From positions 1 through 39,910 of the IMG/VR virus record IMGVR_UViG_3300037461_000170: 39,910 nt of DNA. One strand, written 5' to 3'. The notes beneath the pieces were generated by a model that was not told where the DNA came from, did no database searches, and saw nothing but the letters and a program-made list of their open reading frames with translations. Positions 1 to 9,546 of this stretch are shown here, piece after piece (positions within the stretch are counted from its first letter, which is position 1; every line of letters starts with the position of its first letter). The translations under genes were made by a program, and so were the position numbers. This DNA is from a virus. Its lineage: Duplodnaviria > Caudoviricetes.

Positions 1-1893
1 GGTGCTGTCGCGGCAACGGGCTTTGCGCCGACGGTATCGATACCGCGCTATGTGCGCGCGACATGGGCGAAGCTGGTTGCGCCCGCGGCAACCAATGACC
101 CGACCAGCGTCAGCCGCAGCCCGGCAGCCGCGTCGGTCGCAGCGACGGGCCTTGCGCCGGCGATTCAAGTCACAGCCCACGTCATCTGTTCGCCAGGCGT
201 TGGATCGGTCACGACAACGGGCTTTGCGCCGGTAGCGTTCCGACAGGATGGGGCATATCCGGGTGCCGGTACGGCGATGGTTACGGGTCTTGCGCCAACG
301 GCGGCCACGACCGAGCACCGCAATATCGCGGTGGCGGCAGGGTCGATCGTTGCCACCGGCTACGCGCCGAACGCGGACCGCACGGACAACCAGACGTGTG
401 CACCGCCGGTCGGGTCGATCGTTGCGCAAGGGTTCGCGCCGAGCCTGACGGCTGAGGCGCATCAGTTTGCGTATCCCGCTAACGCGAGCCTCGCGGTCAC
501 GGGGCTGGCGCCAACGGCAAACGCGACCGCGCACGTTCTGGCCTACCCTGGGGCCGGCAGCATCGCGGCTGTCGGGCAGACGCCGACGACGGGCGGCGAT
601 GTCATTGCCGAACCGGCAGCGGGCAGCGTCGTTGCCACCGGCTACGCGCCGAGCGCGACCAATAGCGGCGATCGTGCGCTGCGAGTGTCGTGGGCGCGGC
701 TGGTGGTCCCTGCGGCCGAGGGTAGCCGCACGTTGTATCCGGCGGCCGGCAGCATCGCCGCAGTCGGGCAAGCGCCGAGCACAACCGTACCGGGCAACAC
801 GAACGTCTCGCCGGGTGCGGGCAGCATTGCTGGCACCGGCTACGCGCCCACGGCGGGTTGGTATAGCGTCCTCATCGAGTGGTCGGATATCACTGGGGAG
901 GACGGATACAGAATCAAGTGGGGCACGGCCAGCGATACCTACTCGTGGTCGGCGGATGTCGCAGCGGATGCGACCAGCTACACGATCCGTGGGCTGGTGG
1001 GGACGCAGTTGTACTTCGTCCGCATCTACGGCCTCGTTTCCGGCGTCGAGCAGGATCCGTCGGCAGAGATCGTCCTGACGCCGCTGTACGGGTTCGTACC
1101 CGACCCGGCGACGATCGTTGCGCAGGGCTTCGCGCCCACGGTATCGGTCAGCGGCAACGTCTCGGCATCGCCGGCAGCGGGCAGCATTGCGGCGGTAGGC
1201 ATCGCGCCGACGGTCAGTGCATCCGCATACCAGACGGTTGCGCCGGGGGCCGCCAGCGTTGTTGTAGGCGGCTTTGCGCCGACTGCGGATGTCAGCAGTC
1301 CCAGCAATACCAATCGGTTGCCGGCGGCCGGATCGGTCGCGGCAGTCGGGCAAGCGCCGACGGTGCAGGTGTCCGACGTGCGTTCGGCATCGCCTGGGGC
1401 GGGGTCGATCGCGGCCACGGGCTATGCGCCCGGCGTAGAGGTCACGATACGCGCCGACGTGCCCGCCGGCAGCGTGGCCGTTGCCGGGTTCGCGCCGACG
1501 CTCGAACAGACGACGGCCGCAACGCTGGCGCCGGGCGCCGGCAGCATCGCAACGCAGGGCCTCGCGCCCACCGTGCAAGTCTCTGGCGGCGGGTACGAGG
1601 ACGATTACGGCTGGATACCTTCGGGCGGGTGGGAACACCGCAAGCCGAAGAAGCCGAAAACTGAATCTGAACGCGAGGCCGAGGAGCGCCAGGAAGCACC
1701 GGACGCCCCTGCGGTCATCACGCAAACGGCGCACACGCTGCACCTGCCACCGGATGTGCCGGTGGTGACGTATCCCACGCTTGATATGACGCCGTTGGTC
1801 ATACGCGAGCGCAAAGCCCTCCAGAAGTTGCGCGCGGCCCAGCTGCGCGCAGCCCTCGAGGCAGATGACGAAGACGTACTGCTGTTGCTGTAA
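1..1893 (+). CDS. Repeat-rich virion fibre backbone protein, C-terminal part (5'-partial; continues from 38832..39910)
   Basis: Frame 1 is open from base 1 (GAVAATGFAPTVSIPRYVRATW...). It has ~18 copies of P-x-x-G-S-[IV]-x-x-x-G-[FYLQI]-[AT]-P, an Fn3-like segment (~859-1083) and a charged tail ending DDEDVLLLL. Confidence 0.75.
   Translation, partial: GAVAATGFAPTVSIPRYVRATWAKLVAPAATNDPTSVSRSPAAASVAATGLAPAIQVTAHVICSPGVGSVTTTGFAPVAFRQDGAYPGAGTAMVTGLAPTAATTEHRNIAVAAGSIVATGYAPNADRTDNQTCAPPVGSIVAQGFAPSLTAEAHQFAYPANASLAVTGLAPTANATAHVLAYPGAGSIAAVGQTPTTGGDVIAEPAAGSVVATGYAPSATNSGDRALRVSWARLVVPAAEGSRTLYPAAGSIAAVGQAPSTTVPGNTNVSPGAGSIAGTGYAPTAGWYSVLIEWSDITGEDGYRIKWGTASDTYSWSADVAADATSYTIRGLVGTQLYFVRIYGLVSGVEQDPSAEIVLTPLYGFVPDPATIVAQGFAPTVSVSGNVSASPAAGSIAAVGIAPTVSASAYQTVAPGAASVVVGGFAPTADVSSPSNTNRLPAAGSVAAVGQAPTVQVSDVRSASPGAGSIAATGYAPGVEVTIRADVPAGSVAVAGFAPTLEQTTAATLAPGAGSIATQGLAPTVQVSGGGYEDDYGWIPSGGWEHRKPKKPKTESEREAEERQEAPDAPAVITQTAHTLHLPPDVPVVTYPTLDMTPLVIRERKALQKLRAAQLRAALEADDEDVLLLL
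344..398 (+). repeat. 55-bp exact direct repeat, identical to 39856..39910 (window end)
   Basis: CGATCGTTGCCACCGGCTACGCGCCGAACGCGGACCGCACGGACAACCAGACGTG occurs at both sites in the same codon phase. Confidence 0.95.
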
Positions 1894-1938
1894 CCGCTTA
1901 CGGGCAGCGCATGCCCGGCACCCTCACGGGAACCGAAG

Positions 1939-2769
1939 ATGATCGAGCAAGACACTGGCGACGTATCGCCTGCACCGGAAGCGGATGTACCCGCAGCACC
2001 GGAACAAACTCAAGAAGCACCGCCGCCCGACGAATCCGGGGCGCAAGCGGAGGGAGAACAGCCAAAGAAGGCCGACATCCCGCCCGTACAGAAGCGGATC
2101 GACCAATTGACGTGGCAGAAGCACGAGGCCGAACGCAGGCTAAACGCGGAGATCATGCGCCGCGCCGAAGCCGAGCAGCAGGCCCAGCGGTTGTACGAGC
2201 AGCAGCAAGAGCTTATGCGGCTCGCCACGATGCCGACGATGGATCAGGTAGGACTTGATCCCGACGCATACCAGCGAGCAGTGCGTGAGCACAACGAGCG
2301 TTTTCTGCAACAGCAACGGCAGGCACAGTACGAGGCGCAATCCCGGCAGCAACAAGTGGCCGACCGGATGCAATTCGAACAGGTGCTGAACCAACGCATT
2401 GCCGAGGGGGTGCAGAAATATCCTGATTACAACGAAGTGGTAGGGAATCCATCCCTGCCGCCGTTGCAATCGGTCAACCCTGCACTACTAGGGGCCATCC
2501 TAGGGCACGAATCCATGCCCGAACTGACCTATTACCTTGGCAAGAATCCCGCAGAAGCGCATCGCATCGCTGCCCTACCGCCTGCCCGCGCCATCCTGGA
2601 GGTCGGCAAGATTGCGGCGAAGTTGCCGATGCCGACCAACAAATCGAACGCACCGCCCCCACCGGCTCAAGTGTCGGGGACGACCGGAACGGTACAGCGA
2701 GACCCTTCCAAGATGTCCTACGACGAGTTTGTGAAGTGGCGGCGCAATTCCATCGCTCAACGGCGGTGA
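1939..2769 (+). CDS. Capsid scaffolding protein
   Basis: Acidic/Pro-rich N-terminus, VQKRIDQLT coiled coil, ELTYYLGKNP motif and C-terminal MSYDEFVKWR helix; lies directly upstream of the coat gene. Confidence 0.85.
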   Translation: MIEQDTGDVSPAPEADVPAAPEQTQEAPPPDESGAQAEGEQPKKADIPPVQKRIDQLTWQKHEAERRLNAEIMRRAEAEQQAQRLYEQQQELMRLATMPTMDQVGLDPDAYQRAVREHNERFLQQQRQAQYEAQSRQQQVADRMQFEQVLNQRIAEGVQKYPDYNEVVGNPSLPPLQSVNPALLGAILGHESMPELTYYLGKNPAEAHRIAALPPARAILEVGKIAAKLPMPTNKSNAPPPPAQVSGTTGTVQRDPSKMSYDEFVKWRRNSIAQRR

Positions 2770-2787
2770 AACTCTTGAGGTAACACA

Positions 2788-4023
2788 ATGAGCAACACCA
2801 ACACTGTCATCGACATGGTTGCCAAGGAGGCGCTGCGACTGGCGCACGAAAAGGCAACTTTCATCGGCACCATCAATCGGTCCTATGACGACTCGTTCGC
2901 CAAGACCGGCGCCAAGGTCGGCAGCACGCTTCGCGTTCGCAACCCGAACGAGTACGTGCGGCGCCAGGGCTCGCGCATCATGGATGTGCAAGACCAGGCC
3001 GACACCACGCAGACCATCACCGTCGCAACGCAGGACGGCGTTGACATGCGTTTCAACTCGGCGGAACTGGCCCTCGACATCGATGAACTGTCGCGGCGCT
3101 ACATCGAGCCCGCGATGAACGTGCTCGTCAGCGGCATCGACGGCGACTGCATCATCCAGGCGACCAAGGACACCTACAACGTGGCCGGCTCCCCCGGCAC
3201 CGTCGTCGGTACCGTGGCGTCGGGCTTCTCCGACACGTCGGCACTGGGCCTCGCTCGCGCGAAGCTCAACCAAGGGCTCGCGCCCAAGGATCGCAACCGC
3301 GCGGTGCAGATGGACAGCGTCACGATGGCGTCGGTGTCCAACGGCATCAAGGGGCTGTTCCACCCGTCGTCCGAAGTGGAGAAGGCATGGCGCGAGGGCT
3401 TCATCGCCCGCACCGCGATGGCTGACTTCTACGAGAACGAGCGGACCTGGACGCTGACCAACACCGACGACGTGACGGCGGATACCGATGCCGACGCTGG
3501 CGTGACCAACGGCGGCAACACCATCGACGCGCATACCCTGCTCCCGGTGGCGAAGCAAACGGTCGGCTCGGTGTTCACGATCGCGGGCGTTTACGCCTGC
3601 CACCCGGAGACGAAGGCCAAGTACGCGCACCTTCAGCAGTTCGTGGTGACGGCGGTGGGCGCAACCCTGACGACCGTTTCGCCGACGATCTGGTTGTCCG
3701 GTCCGAAGCAGAACGTGTGCTCGTCCACGGGCGCGGTGCTGGCGGCGACGGCGTTCAACGCGGCCACGATGACGTTCATCGGCTCGGCCTCGACCTCGTA
3801 TCGGCAGAACCTGATGTACCACCAGGACGCCTTCACGTTCGTCACCGCCGACCTGCCGTTGATGGACGACGCGCACAAGTGCGTGCGGATGCAGAAGGAC
3901 GGGCTCTCGCTGCGCGTCTGGCAAGCGTCCGACATCCGCAACGACGAGTTGCTCATGCGGATCGACATTTTGTATGGGTTCAAGACCCTTCGCCCGGCGT
4001 GGGCCTGCCGGATCACTAACTAA
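2788..4023 (+). CDS. Major capsid protein, P22 coat (gp5) family
   Basis: 411 aa with AKVGSTLRVRNP, QNLMYHQDAFTFVTADL and RIDILYGFKTLRP motifs; GAGG RBS. Confidence 0.92.
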   Translation: MSNTNTVIDMVAKEALRLAHEKATFIGTINRSYDDSFAKTGAKVGSTLRVRNPNEYVRRQGSRIMDVQDQADTTQTITVATQDGVDMRFNSAELALDIDELSRRYIEPAMNVLVSGIDGDCIIQATKDTYNVAGSPGTVVGTVASGFSDTSALGLARAKLNQGLAPKDRNRAVQMDSVTMASVSNGIKGLFHPSSEVEKAWREGFIARTAMADFYENERTWTLTNTDDVTADTDADAGVTNGGNTIDAHTLLPVAKQTVGSVFTIAGVYACHPETKAKYAHLQQFVVTAVGATLTTVSPTIWLSGPKQNVCSSTGAVLAATAFNAATMTFIGSASTSYRQNLMYHQDAFTFVTADLPLMDDAHKCVRMQKDGLSLRVWQASDIRNDELLMRIDILYGFKTLRPAWACRITN

Positions 4024-4041
4024 CCGCCGGGAGACATCAAC

Positions 4042-4281
4042 ATGGCGACTTACGAACGACTGGACTACGGCAGCCCCGACGGCTGCCACATCGGCGGCAA
4101 CGCTTCGGACAAGGTGGGGTTCTTCGGGGCCACGCCGACTTCGCGGCGCGCCGCTGCAGCGCAGGCCACCTCCAACGTCGGCACCGCCTCGTCGGCGGAT
4201 GTGACCACGGGCCTCAAGGCGGCGGTGATCGAGATCATGGACACCCTCGCGGCGCTGGGCATCTGGAAGGGTGCGGCCTGA
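4042..4281 (+). CDS. Small capsid-associated protein (decoration/head-fibre-like)
   Basis: 79 aa immediately after the coat gene; GGAG RBS; VGFFGATP motif and C-terminal LAALGI helix. Confidence 0.5.
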   Translation: MATYERLDYGSPDGCHIGGNASDKVGFFGATPTSRRAAAAQATSNVGTASSADVTTGLKAAVIEIMDTLAALGIWKGAA

Positions 4282-4799
4282 TGTTGGTGAGGGGGGAGCA
4301 ATCCCCCCTCCGCATCTTGCATTGCGGGTGTGGGCGCGAGCCCCTGCCCGAGTGGATGGAGGGCGTCGAGACGAGGCTGGACATCGATCCCGACGCCCGC
4401 CCCCACGTCGTTGCAAGCATGACGGACATGGGGGAGATCGGGCCGTTCGACATGGTGTACTCGTCGCACGCGATTGAGCACTTGGCGGCGCATGAGGTGG
4501 TGCTGGCCTTGCAGGAGATGCGGCGCGTGCTCGTTCCCGGTGGACGTGTGGTGGTCATCGTGCCGAACCTGGACGGCGTGCGGCCGACGCTCGACGTGCT
4601 GTACGAGTCGGACGCGGGGCCGATCACTGGATTCGACATGATCTACGGGGCGCGCTGGCTGGTGGCGGCGAACTCTTACATGGCGCACAAGTCGGGATTC
4701 GTCGCTGAGACGCTGAAGGCAGTGCTTTGCGATGCCGGGTTCCGTGACGTGGATGCGGCGCCGCAGTCGTACAACCTCTATGGGACGGGAATTGCGTGA
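4281..4799 (+). CDS. Class I SAM-dependent methyltransferase
   Basis: ILHCGCG (motif I), RLDID, YSSHAIEHL and RRVLVPGG motifs. Confidence 0.85.
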   Translation: MLVRGEQSPLRILHCGCGREPLPEWMEGVETRLDIDPDARPHVVASMTDMGEIGPFDMVYSSHAIEHLAAHEVVLALQEMRRVLVPGGRVVVIVPNLDGVRPTLDVLYESDAGPITGFDMIYGARWLVAANSYMAHKSGFVAETLKAVLCDAGFRDVDAAPQSYNLYGTGIA

Positions 4800-5482
4800 A
4801 GGTCGTTTTCGCTACGCCAACGAGGGACCAGCCGAGCGCCCCCTACCTCTCCGCACTGGAGACCTGCCTGCCGGCGATCGAGGCCGAAGGATTCACGCAC
4901 CAGAACGTAAACGACATCGGATGCCCGTACATCTCGGCATCGCGCTGCCGGATGCTCGGCAAGGCGCTCAAGGTCGGATTCGATTACGTCGTGTTCATCG
5001 ATGACGACGTGTCATGGACGCCGGCCGACATGGTGAAACTGCTCAAGGCCGAAGGCGACGTGGTCGGCGGGACGTATCGATTCAAGAACGACGACGAGAC
5101 GTACATGGGCGTCCCGATGCTGGGCGCGACCGGTAGACCGCTGGTGCGGGACGACGGCTGTATCGAGGCGGATCGGCTGCCGGCGGGTTTCCTGCGCGTG
5201 TCATGGCGCGCGGTGTGGCGCTTCGCTGCGTCCTACCCGCAGCTGGTGGTGTGGGCCGATCCCGACCCGAGCGTGGACCTGTTCAATCACGGCGCGCATA
5301 CGGATGGGCTGTGGTGGGGCGAGGACTACTCGTTCTGTCGTCGCTGGCGCGGCCTGGGCGGTGATGTCTGGCTCGTGCCGGATCTCGACCTGACGCACCA
5401 CGGCAAGGACAAGGCGTATCCGGGGAACTATCACCGATGGCTGCTGAAGCAGCCTGGAGGGAGTGAACATGGCGCTAGCTAA
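4796..5482 (+). CDS. GT-A fold glycosyltransferase (GT2-like)
   Basis: VVFATP start, FIDDD DxD motif, AGFLRV, and WGEDYSFCRRW catalytic-base motif. Confidence 0.8.
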   Translation: MKVVFATPTRDQPSAPYLSALETCLPAIEAEGFTHQNVNDIGCPYISASRCRMLGKALKVGFDYVVFIDDDVSWTPADMVKLLKAEGDVVGGTYRFKNDDETYMGVPMLGATGRPLVRDDGCIEADRLPAGFLRVSWRAVWRFAASYPQLVVWADPDPSVDLFNHGAHTDGLWWGEDYSFCRRWRGLGGDVWLVPDLDLTHHGKDKAYPGNYHRWLLKQPGGSEHGAS

Positions 5483-6113
5483 CTACACCGAGTTGAAAGC
5501 GGCGGTGACGCGCGCCATCAAGCGGTCCGATATGTCTACGGACATCGACGACTGGATCGTGCTACGCGAGGCGGAGCTAAACCTCGTGCTGCGCCGCCGC
5601 GAGATGTCGAACCGTGCGACGACTACGACGGTCGTGGGGCAGGCGGCTTACGCGCTGCCGACCGACTTTGGCGATGCGATCTCCATGCACCTGAACGACG
5701 GCGATCGGCAAGTGGTGCTGTCGCCCTCCGACTTCGATCGCATTCGCACCGGATGGACGGAGCAGGGCGAGCCCGAGGAATGGGCTATCACGAATAACGA
5801 GTTCCTGCTCGGCCCGACGCCGGATGCGGTCTACACGCTGGAATTGCATTACTACCAAGGCATTACGTCGCTGTTGACGACGAGCAGCAATTGGTTACTT
5901 GACCGGCATCCGGGCATTTACTTCTGGGGCACGCTGGTCAGTGGCGCGTCCTACCTAGGCGACCCGCAGGCGGAAGCGTGGGCGATGTCGTACCAGAACG
6001 CGCTGCGGCTGATGCTCAAGGATCAGGTCAAGGAACGCGGGTTTGGCGGTGGTCCGCTGTTGCGGACTGACATCTTCGGCGGATCGCCGGTCAGTATCTT
6101 TTCGGGAGAGTAA
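5469..6113 (+). CDS. Head-to-tail adaptor protein
   Basis: NYTELKAAV, YALPTDF, GPTPDAVYTLELHYY and NWLLDRHPGIY motifs typical of podovirus adaptors; gene position. Confidence 0.75.
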   Translation: MALANYTELKAAVTRAIKRSDMSTDIDDWIVLREAELNLVLRRREMSNRATTTTVVGQAAYALPTDFGDAISMHLNDGDRQVVLSPSDFDRIRTGWTEQGEPEEWAITNNEFLLGPTPDAVYTLELHYYQGITSLLTTSSNWLLDRHPGIYFWGTLVSGASYLGDPQAEAWAMSYQNALRLMLKDQVKERGFGGGPLLRTDIFGGSPVSIFSGE

Positions 6114-6116
6114 CGC

Positions 6117-6536
6117 ATGGCGACATTTAACAAAACGTATGCGGCGTCGGAGTACATTGCCGAGAGCACGCTGGACCTTGATCTGGACGACAAGTATATC
6201 TGTCTGACCAACACGGCGCCGACGACGGCGACGACCACGTATAGTTCGCTGACCGAGATTGCATCGGGCAACGGTTACACGACGGGCGGCAATGCGGCGG
6301 CACTGGTTACGTCTGCGCAGTCGTCGGGCACTTACAAGCTCGTTCTTACGTCGCCGGCAACGTGGACCGGGAGCGGCGCAGGCATGGCGACGTTCCGCTA
6401 TGCGGTGCTCTACCAAAACAGCGGCACGAAGCCGGTAGTGGGTTGGTGGGACTACGGTTCCGGCGTGACGCTCGCAGCGGGTGAGACGTTCACGGTCACG
6501 CTTGACGGCACGAACGGCGTGATTCAACTCGCCTAA
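6117..6536 (+). CDS. ~140-aa beta-rich fibre subunit (cassette B); paralogue of 35424..35858
   Basis: TEIASGNGYTTGG, TWTGSG, RYAVLY and VTLAAGETFTV...NGVIQL line up with GEISARGGYAANG, VFTASG, KFAVVG and FTVTSPNTLTIV...NGLFEM. Confidence 0.65.
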   Translation: MATFNKTYAASEYIAESTLDLDLDDKYICLTNTAPTTATTTYSSLTEIASGNGYTTGGNAAALVTSAQSSGTYKLVLTSPATWTGSGAGMATFRYAVLYQNSGTKPVVGWWDYGSGVTLAAGETFTVTLDGTNGVIQLA

Positions 6537-8866
6537 TGCCGCGTCGTCTGCGCATTGCGTTTCCCGGCGGCTCGCCGCAGGCGCCGCGCACGTTGAGCGG
6601 GGATCATGGGCGCTTCACGCTCACGGGCCGCGCGGCGGCGCTGACGAAAGAGGTTCCGCTCGTTGTTAATGACGTTTGGGAGCCGTTGTTTACAAGTAGC
6701 ACGATCGGCGCTAGTCCGACGATGGCGAACGCATGGGTAGCTGGGTGCGTTATCAAGACGACGGGTGAGTGGTTCTTTCCACATCAACAAGTGGCATCCT
6801 CTACGGGCGGTCCGTGGTTGTTTAATCCCGGCACATTAACGTGGCGGCGCACGAATACGAATACAACGGACTGGTGGAAAGGCATAGCCTTCCGCGAGAA
6901 TTACGATGTTTGCTACGACGCCGACCGCGATGTGGTGTGGATCAGCACGGGCGGTCCGGTTGGGTGGAATGGTGCGCCTAGTTCTCCGGTCTATGGCGGA
7001 ATGCGCTATGACTTAGCGACGGACGTTTTCTACAATGTATGGCCGCAATCGGATGGCACTTACGTTGCGACAACGGACGCGCAATACTTCCTGACCGCGA
7101 ACAAGGGTCTAGGGCTTAAAGGCTTCGACCATAAGTGGTTCTATGCCGGCGGCTATCTGTTTACGCTCGGCGGCTGGTCGGTCGGCGGCGATCAATCATT
7201 CCGCAAGATTGACCCGGCGACAAACGTCCAGACATCGCTAACGGCCTACGGTGCCGGGCTCCCGCCGATGAATCAGGACGACGGTCGCTACACGGTGACG
7301 CGCGCGTTCCGAGATTCGCGCAGCAATCGGTTCTATCTGTTCGCGGACGATGGGGCGCTTTACACCTACGACAACGTAGCGAGCGCGGCCACGCGAACGT
7401 GGCAACTGCTCACCACAACGGGCAGCGGCCCGGCGACGACGGTTGGCGATCCGACCGGGGGCGATACAGGCGGCGTGGTCTACGGCTGCGACGAGAACAG
7501 CAACAACATTGTTGCATGGGCGGGGTCAGGTCTGGTCATCGGCACGCCCGGTGGAAACTATAGGCGGTCATGGGTGCTTGACATGAGCACGCTGCAATGG
7601 CGTGCCGGTCCGAGCGCGGTAGGCGGTGATACAGTTCCTGGTCCCGGTGCAGCAGTGCAAATGTCGATCGACTATGACCCCGTAGGCAAGCGCACTATGC
7701 TCGCCTATTCCCCAGCGGGAACGTTTACGACCGAAATATGGGCATTCCGTGGAGGTTCGCCGCATCCTGGGAAGATCACCAGCTTCGCGTTGCCGGCGCA
7801 CGCAGGATCGACCTACGGCGTCAGCTATTACGGATATCCATACACTGCAAACGGTAGCAGCAAGCACACAAATATGTGCTACTGCCCGCTAGACAATCGA
7901 ATTTATGTAACCGGCGGTGATACGGCATCATCGGCAACCGATGGCGTATGGTCGGTGTCGCTTGTAGACGGTTCGTGGCGCCTAGATTATGGGCGCCCGG
8001 CATACCCCGAAACCGTCGCGCCGTTTGCTTATCAGGACAATGAGGGCTTGGAATGGGACAGCAATAGAAGCGCGTTTCTATTCTGGCCGGGCTCTGGCGC
8101 TTTTGGATACGGGCCTGCTAATACTGTTCCGACGAATTCGCCCTATGCAGAAGGAATGTGGTGGTTTGATCCCGTAGCGAAAAGCTGGACACAAGATACG
8201 ACGATGTTTTATGGGTATCTGGTTACTCTCGCATCACCTAATTCTACGGTAGGCAGTTCGGGCGCTTTCGCAAAAACGGGGATGATCCACGGCGGCATTT
8301 ATGATGCGCAGACGGACATCATTTACGCATCCACCAGCGTAGCCGGCATGAGCCGATATGACGTGGCGACGCGCACGCGGCTTGGCACAACGTCTTTCGT
8401 CGGATCGACCGCGAGTCCATTAGCCAGCACGGGTTATACCGGGGTGTATTGGGGCGAAACGAAATGGGAACGCATCGGCCGATGGATATATATGCCGACT
8501 GCACTATACAACGGGACGAATGGCTACTTAGCGCTGGCTAAGTACAACATCGACTCGCGGGCGTTTGTCTGGTGTGCGTTGCCGCCGATTCCGCAGTTTT
8601 CCGGCACGCCATCAATCAAGGAACAACGCATCGGCGTTTCCCGCGACACGATTGTGTGGCCGAAGACAGTCGGACCGGACGGCGTGATTAGCGGCATCTA
8701 CCTGTATGACACGGTCAACGATACGTGGCAGGTGGATACGCAGGTTCCCGGCTACGGCAACATGTTGTGCAATGCGATCACGTCGCTGCCGGACGGTCGC
8801 GTAGCGTTCTCCGGCGGTGTGTTCGGTCCGCAGATGACGCATATCTGGTTCTATGAGGCGTTCTAA
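6536..8866 (+). CDS. Large beta-propeller (Kelch-like) receptor-binding/fibre cargo protein
   Basis: Repeated GG...W/YD blades; Trp/Tyr/Gly-rich. The N-terminus carries one GRFTLTGRAAAL motif. Codon usage is visibly more AT-rich than the flanks. Confidence 0.6.
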   Translation: MPRRLRIAFPGGSPQAPRTLSGDHGRFTLTGRAAALTKEVPLVVNDVWEPLFTSSTIGASPTMANAWVAGCVIKTTGEWFFPHQQVASSTGGPWLFNPGTLTWRRTNTNTTDWWKGIAFRENYDVCYDADRDVVWISTGGPVGWNGAPSSPVYGGMRYDLATDVFYNVWPQSDGTYVATTDAQYFLTANKGLGLKGFDHKWFYAGGYLFTLGGWSVGGDQSFRKIDPATNVQTSLTAYGAGLPPMNQDDGRYTVTRAFRDSRSNRFYLFADDGALYTYDNVASAATRTWQLLTTTGSGPATTVGDPTGGDTGGVVYGCDENSNNIVAWAGSGLVIGTPGGNYRRSWVLDMSTLQWRAGPSAVGGDTVPGPGAAVQMSIDYDPVGKRTMLAYSPAGTFTTEIWAFRGGSPHPGKITSFALPAHAGSTYGVSYYGYPYTANGSSKHTNMCYCPLDNRIYVTGGDTASSATDGVWSVSLVDGSWRLDYGRPAYPETVAPFAYQDNEGLEWDSNRSAFLFWPGSGAFGYGPANTVPTNSPYAEGMWWFDPVAKSWTQDTTMFYGYLVTLASPNSTVGSSGAFAKTGMIHGGIYDAQTDIIYASTSVAGMSRYDVATRTRLGTTSFVGSTASPLASTGYTGVYWGETKWERIGRWIYMPTALYNGTNGYLALAKYNIDSRAFVWCALPPIPQFSGTPSIKEQRIGVSRDTIVWPKTVGPDGVISGIYLYDTVNDTWQVDTQVPGYGNMLCNAITSLPDGRVAFSGGVFGPQMTHIWFYEAF

Positions 8867-9546
8867 TGGCGATTGCCTTCGATGCAACGAGTGGCTTGAC
8901 GCCGGGATGGGCAACGTCGAGCACGTTCGCGCATACCTGTAGCGGTTCTGATCGTCTGCTGCTGTTCTGGGTGTTCTTTGACCGTGGCGCAGGGACGTAC
9001 AACGTATCGTCCGCAGCCTATGCGGGAGTCGCCATGACGCAGATTGGTACGGTGACTGACTCAGCGCGGCATGTCGAGCTATGGGCTCTCGCGGGCCCGG
9101 CGTCGGGTACGAATAACGTCGTGGCGACGTACAACAATACGGGGCCGACCGCGAAGCTCATTATCCGCGCGGTGTCGTATAACGGGGTAGACGGCACGAC
9201 GCCCTATGGAACTTTCGCATCTGCAACCGGATTCACGACCTCGGCGACGGTCAATGTCGCGAGCGCGACGGGTGAGATGGTCGCGGACTTCTGCGGCGTG
9301 CAGAGTGGGGGCGCGTCGATCACGGTCGGATCGGGGCAGACATCGCGGTATGAAATCGACGGCGGCGCGAGTGGCGTCGGGGCGGTGGGATGGAGCGATG
9401 AGCCAGGGGCCGGGACGGTCACGATGTCATGGAGCGGATGGATTACGGATAACTGGCTGATCGGCGCGATTCCGCTCAAGCCCGTTGGCGTCGCCGCAGG
9501 TGGCGTGCCGAAGACAACGAAGCAAACTTTGTTGGGAGTGGGTTAA
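8866..9546 (+). CDS. Ser/Thr-rich beta-sandwich virion accessory protein
   Basis: HTCSGSDRLL, YAGVAMTQI and SYNGVD motifs; C-terminal TLLGVG; TAATG-coupled to the upstream gene. Confidence 0.55.
   Translation: MAIAFDATSGLTPGWATSSTFAHTCSGSDRLLLFWVFFDRGAGTYNVSSAAYAGVAMTQIGTVTDSARHVELWALAGPASGTNNVVATYNNTGPTAKLIIRAVSYNGVDGTTPYGTFASATGFTTSATVNVASATGEMVADFCGVQSGGASITVGSGQTSRYEIDGGASGVGAVGWSDEPGAGTVTMSWSGWITDNWLIGAIPLKPVGVAAGGVPKTTKQTLLGVG

Noticed and set aside
1-398. Physical direct terminal repeat
   Set aside because: The match to the window end starts at 344, not 1, and lies in a coding repeat; it is better explained as an assembly break.
2575-4416. 613-aa minus-strand ORF (likewise 30619..31872 and 32388..33995)
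   Set aside because: Antisense shadows of the coat, terL and portal genes caused by high-GC codon bias; Arg/His-rich with no motifs.
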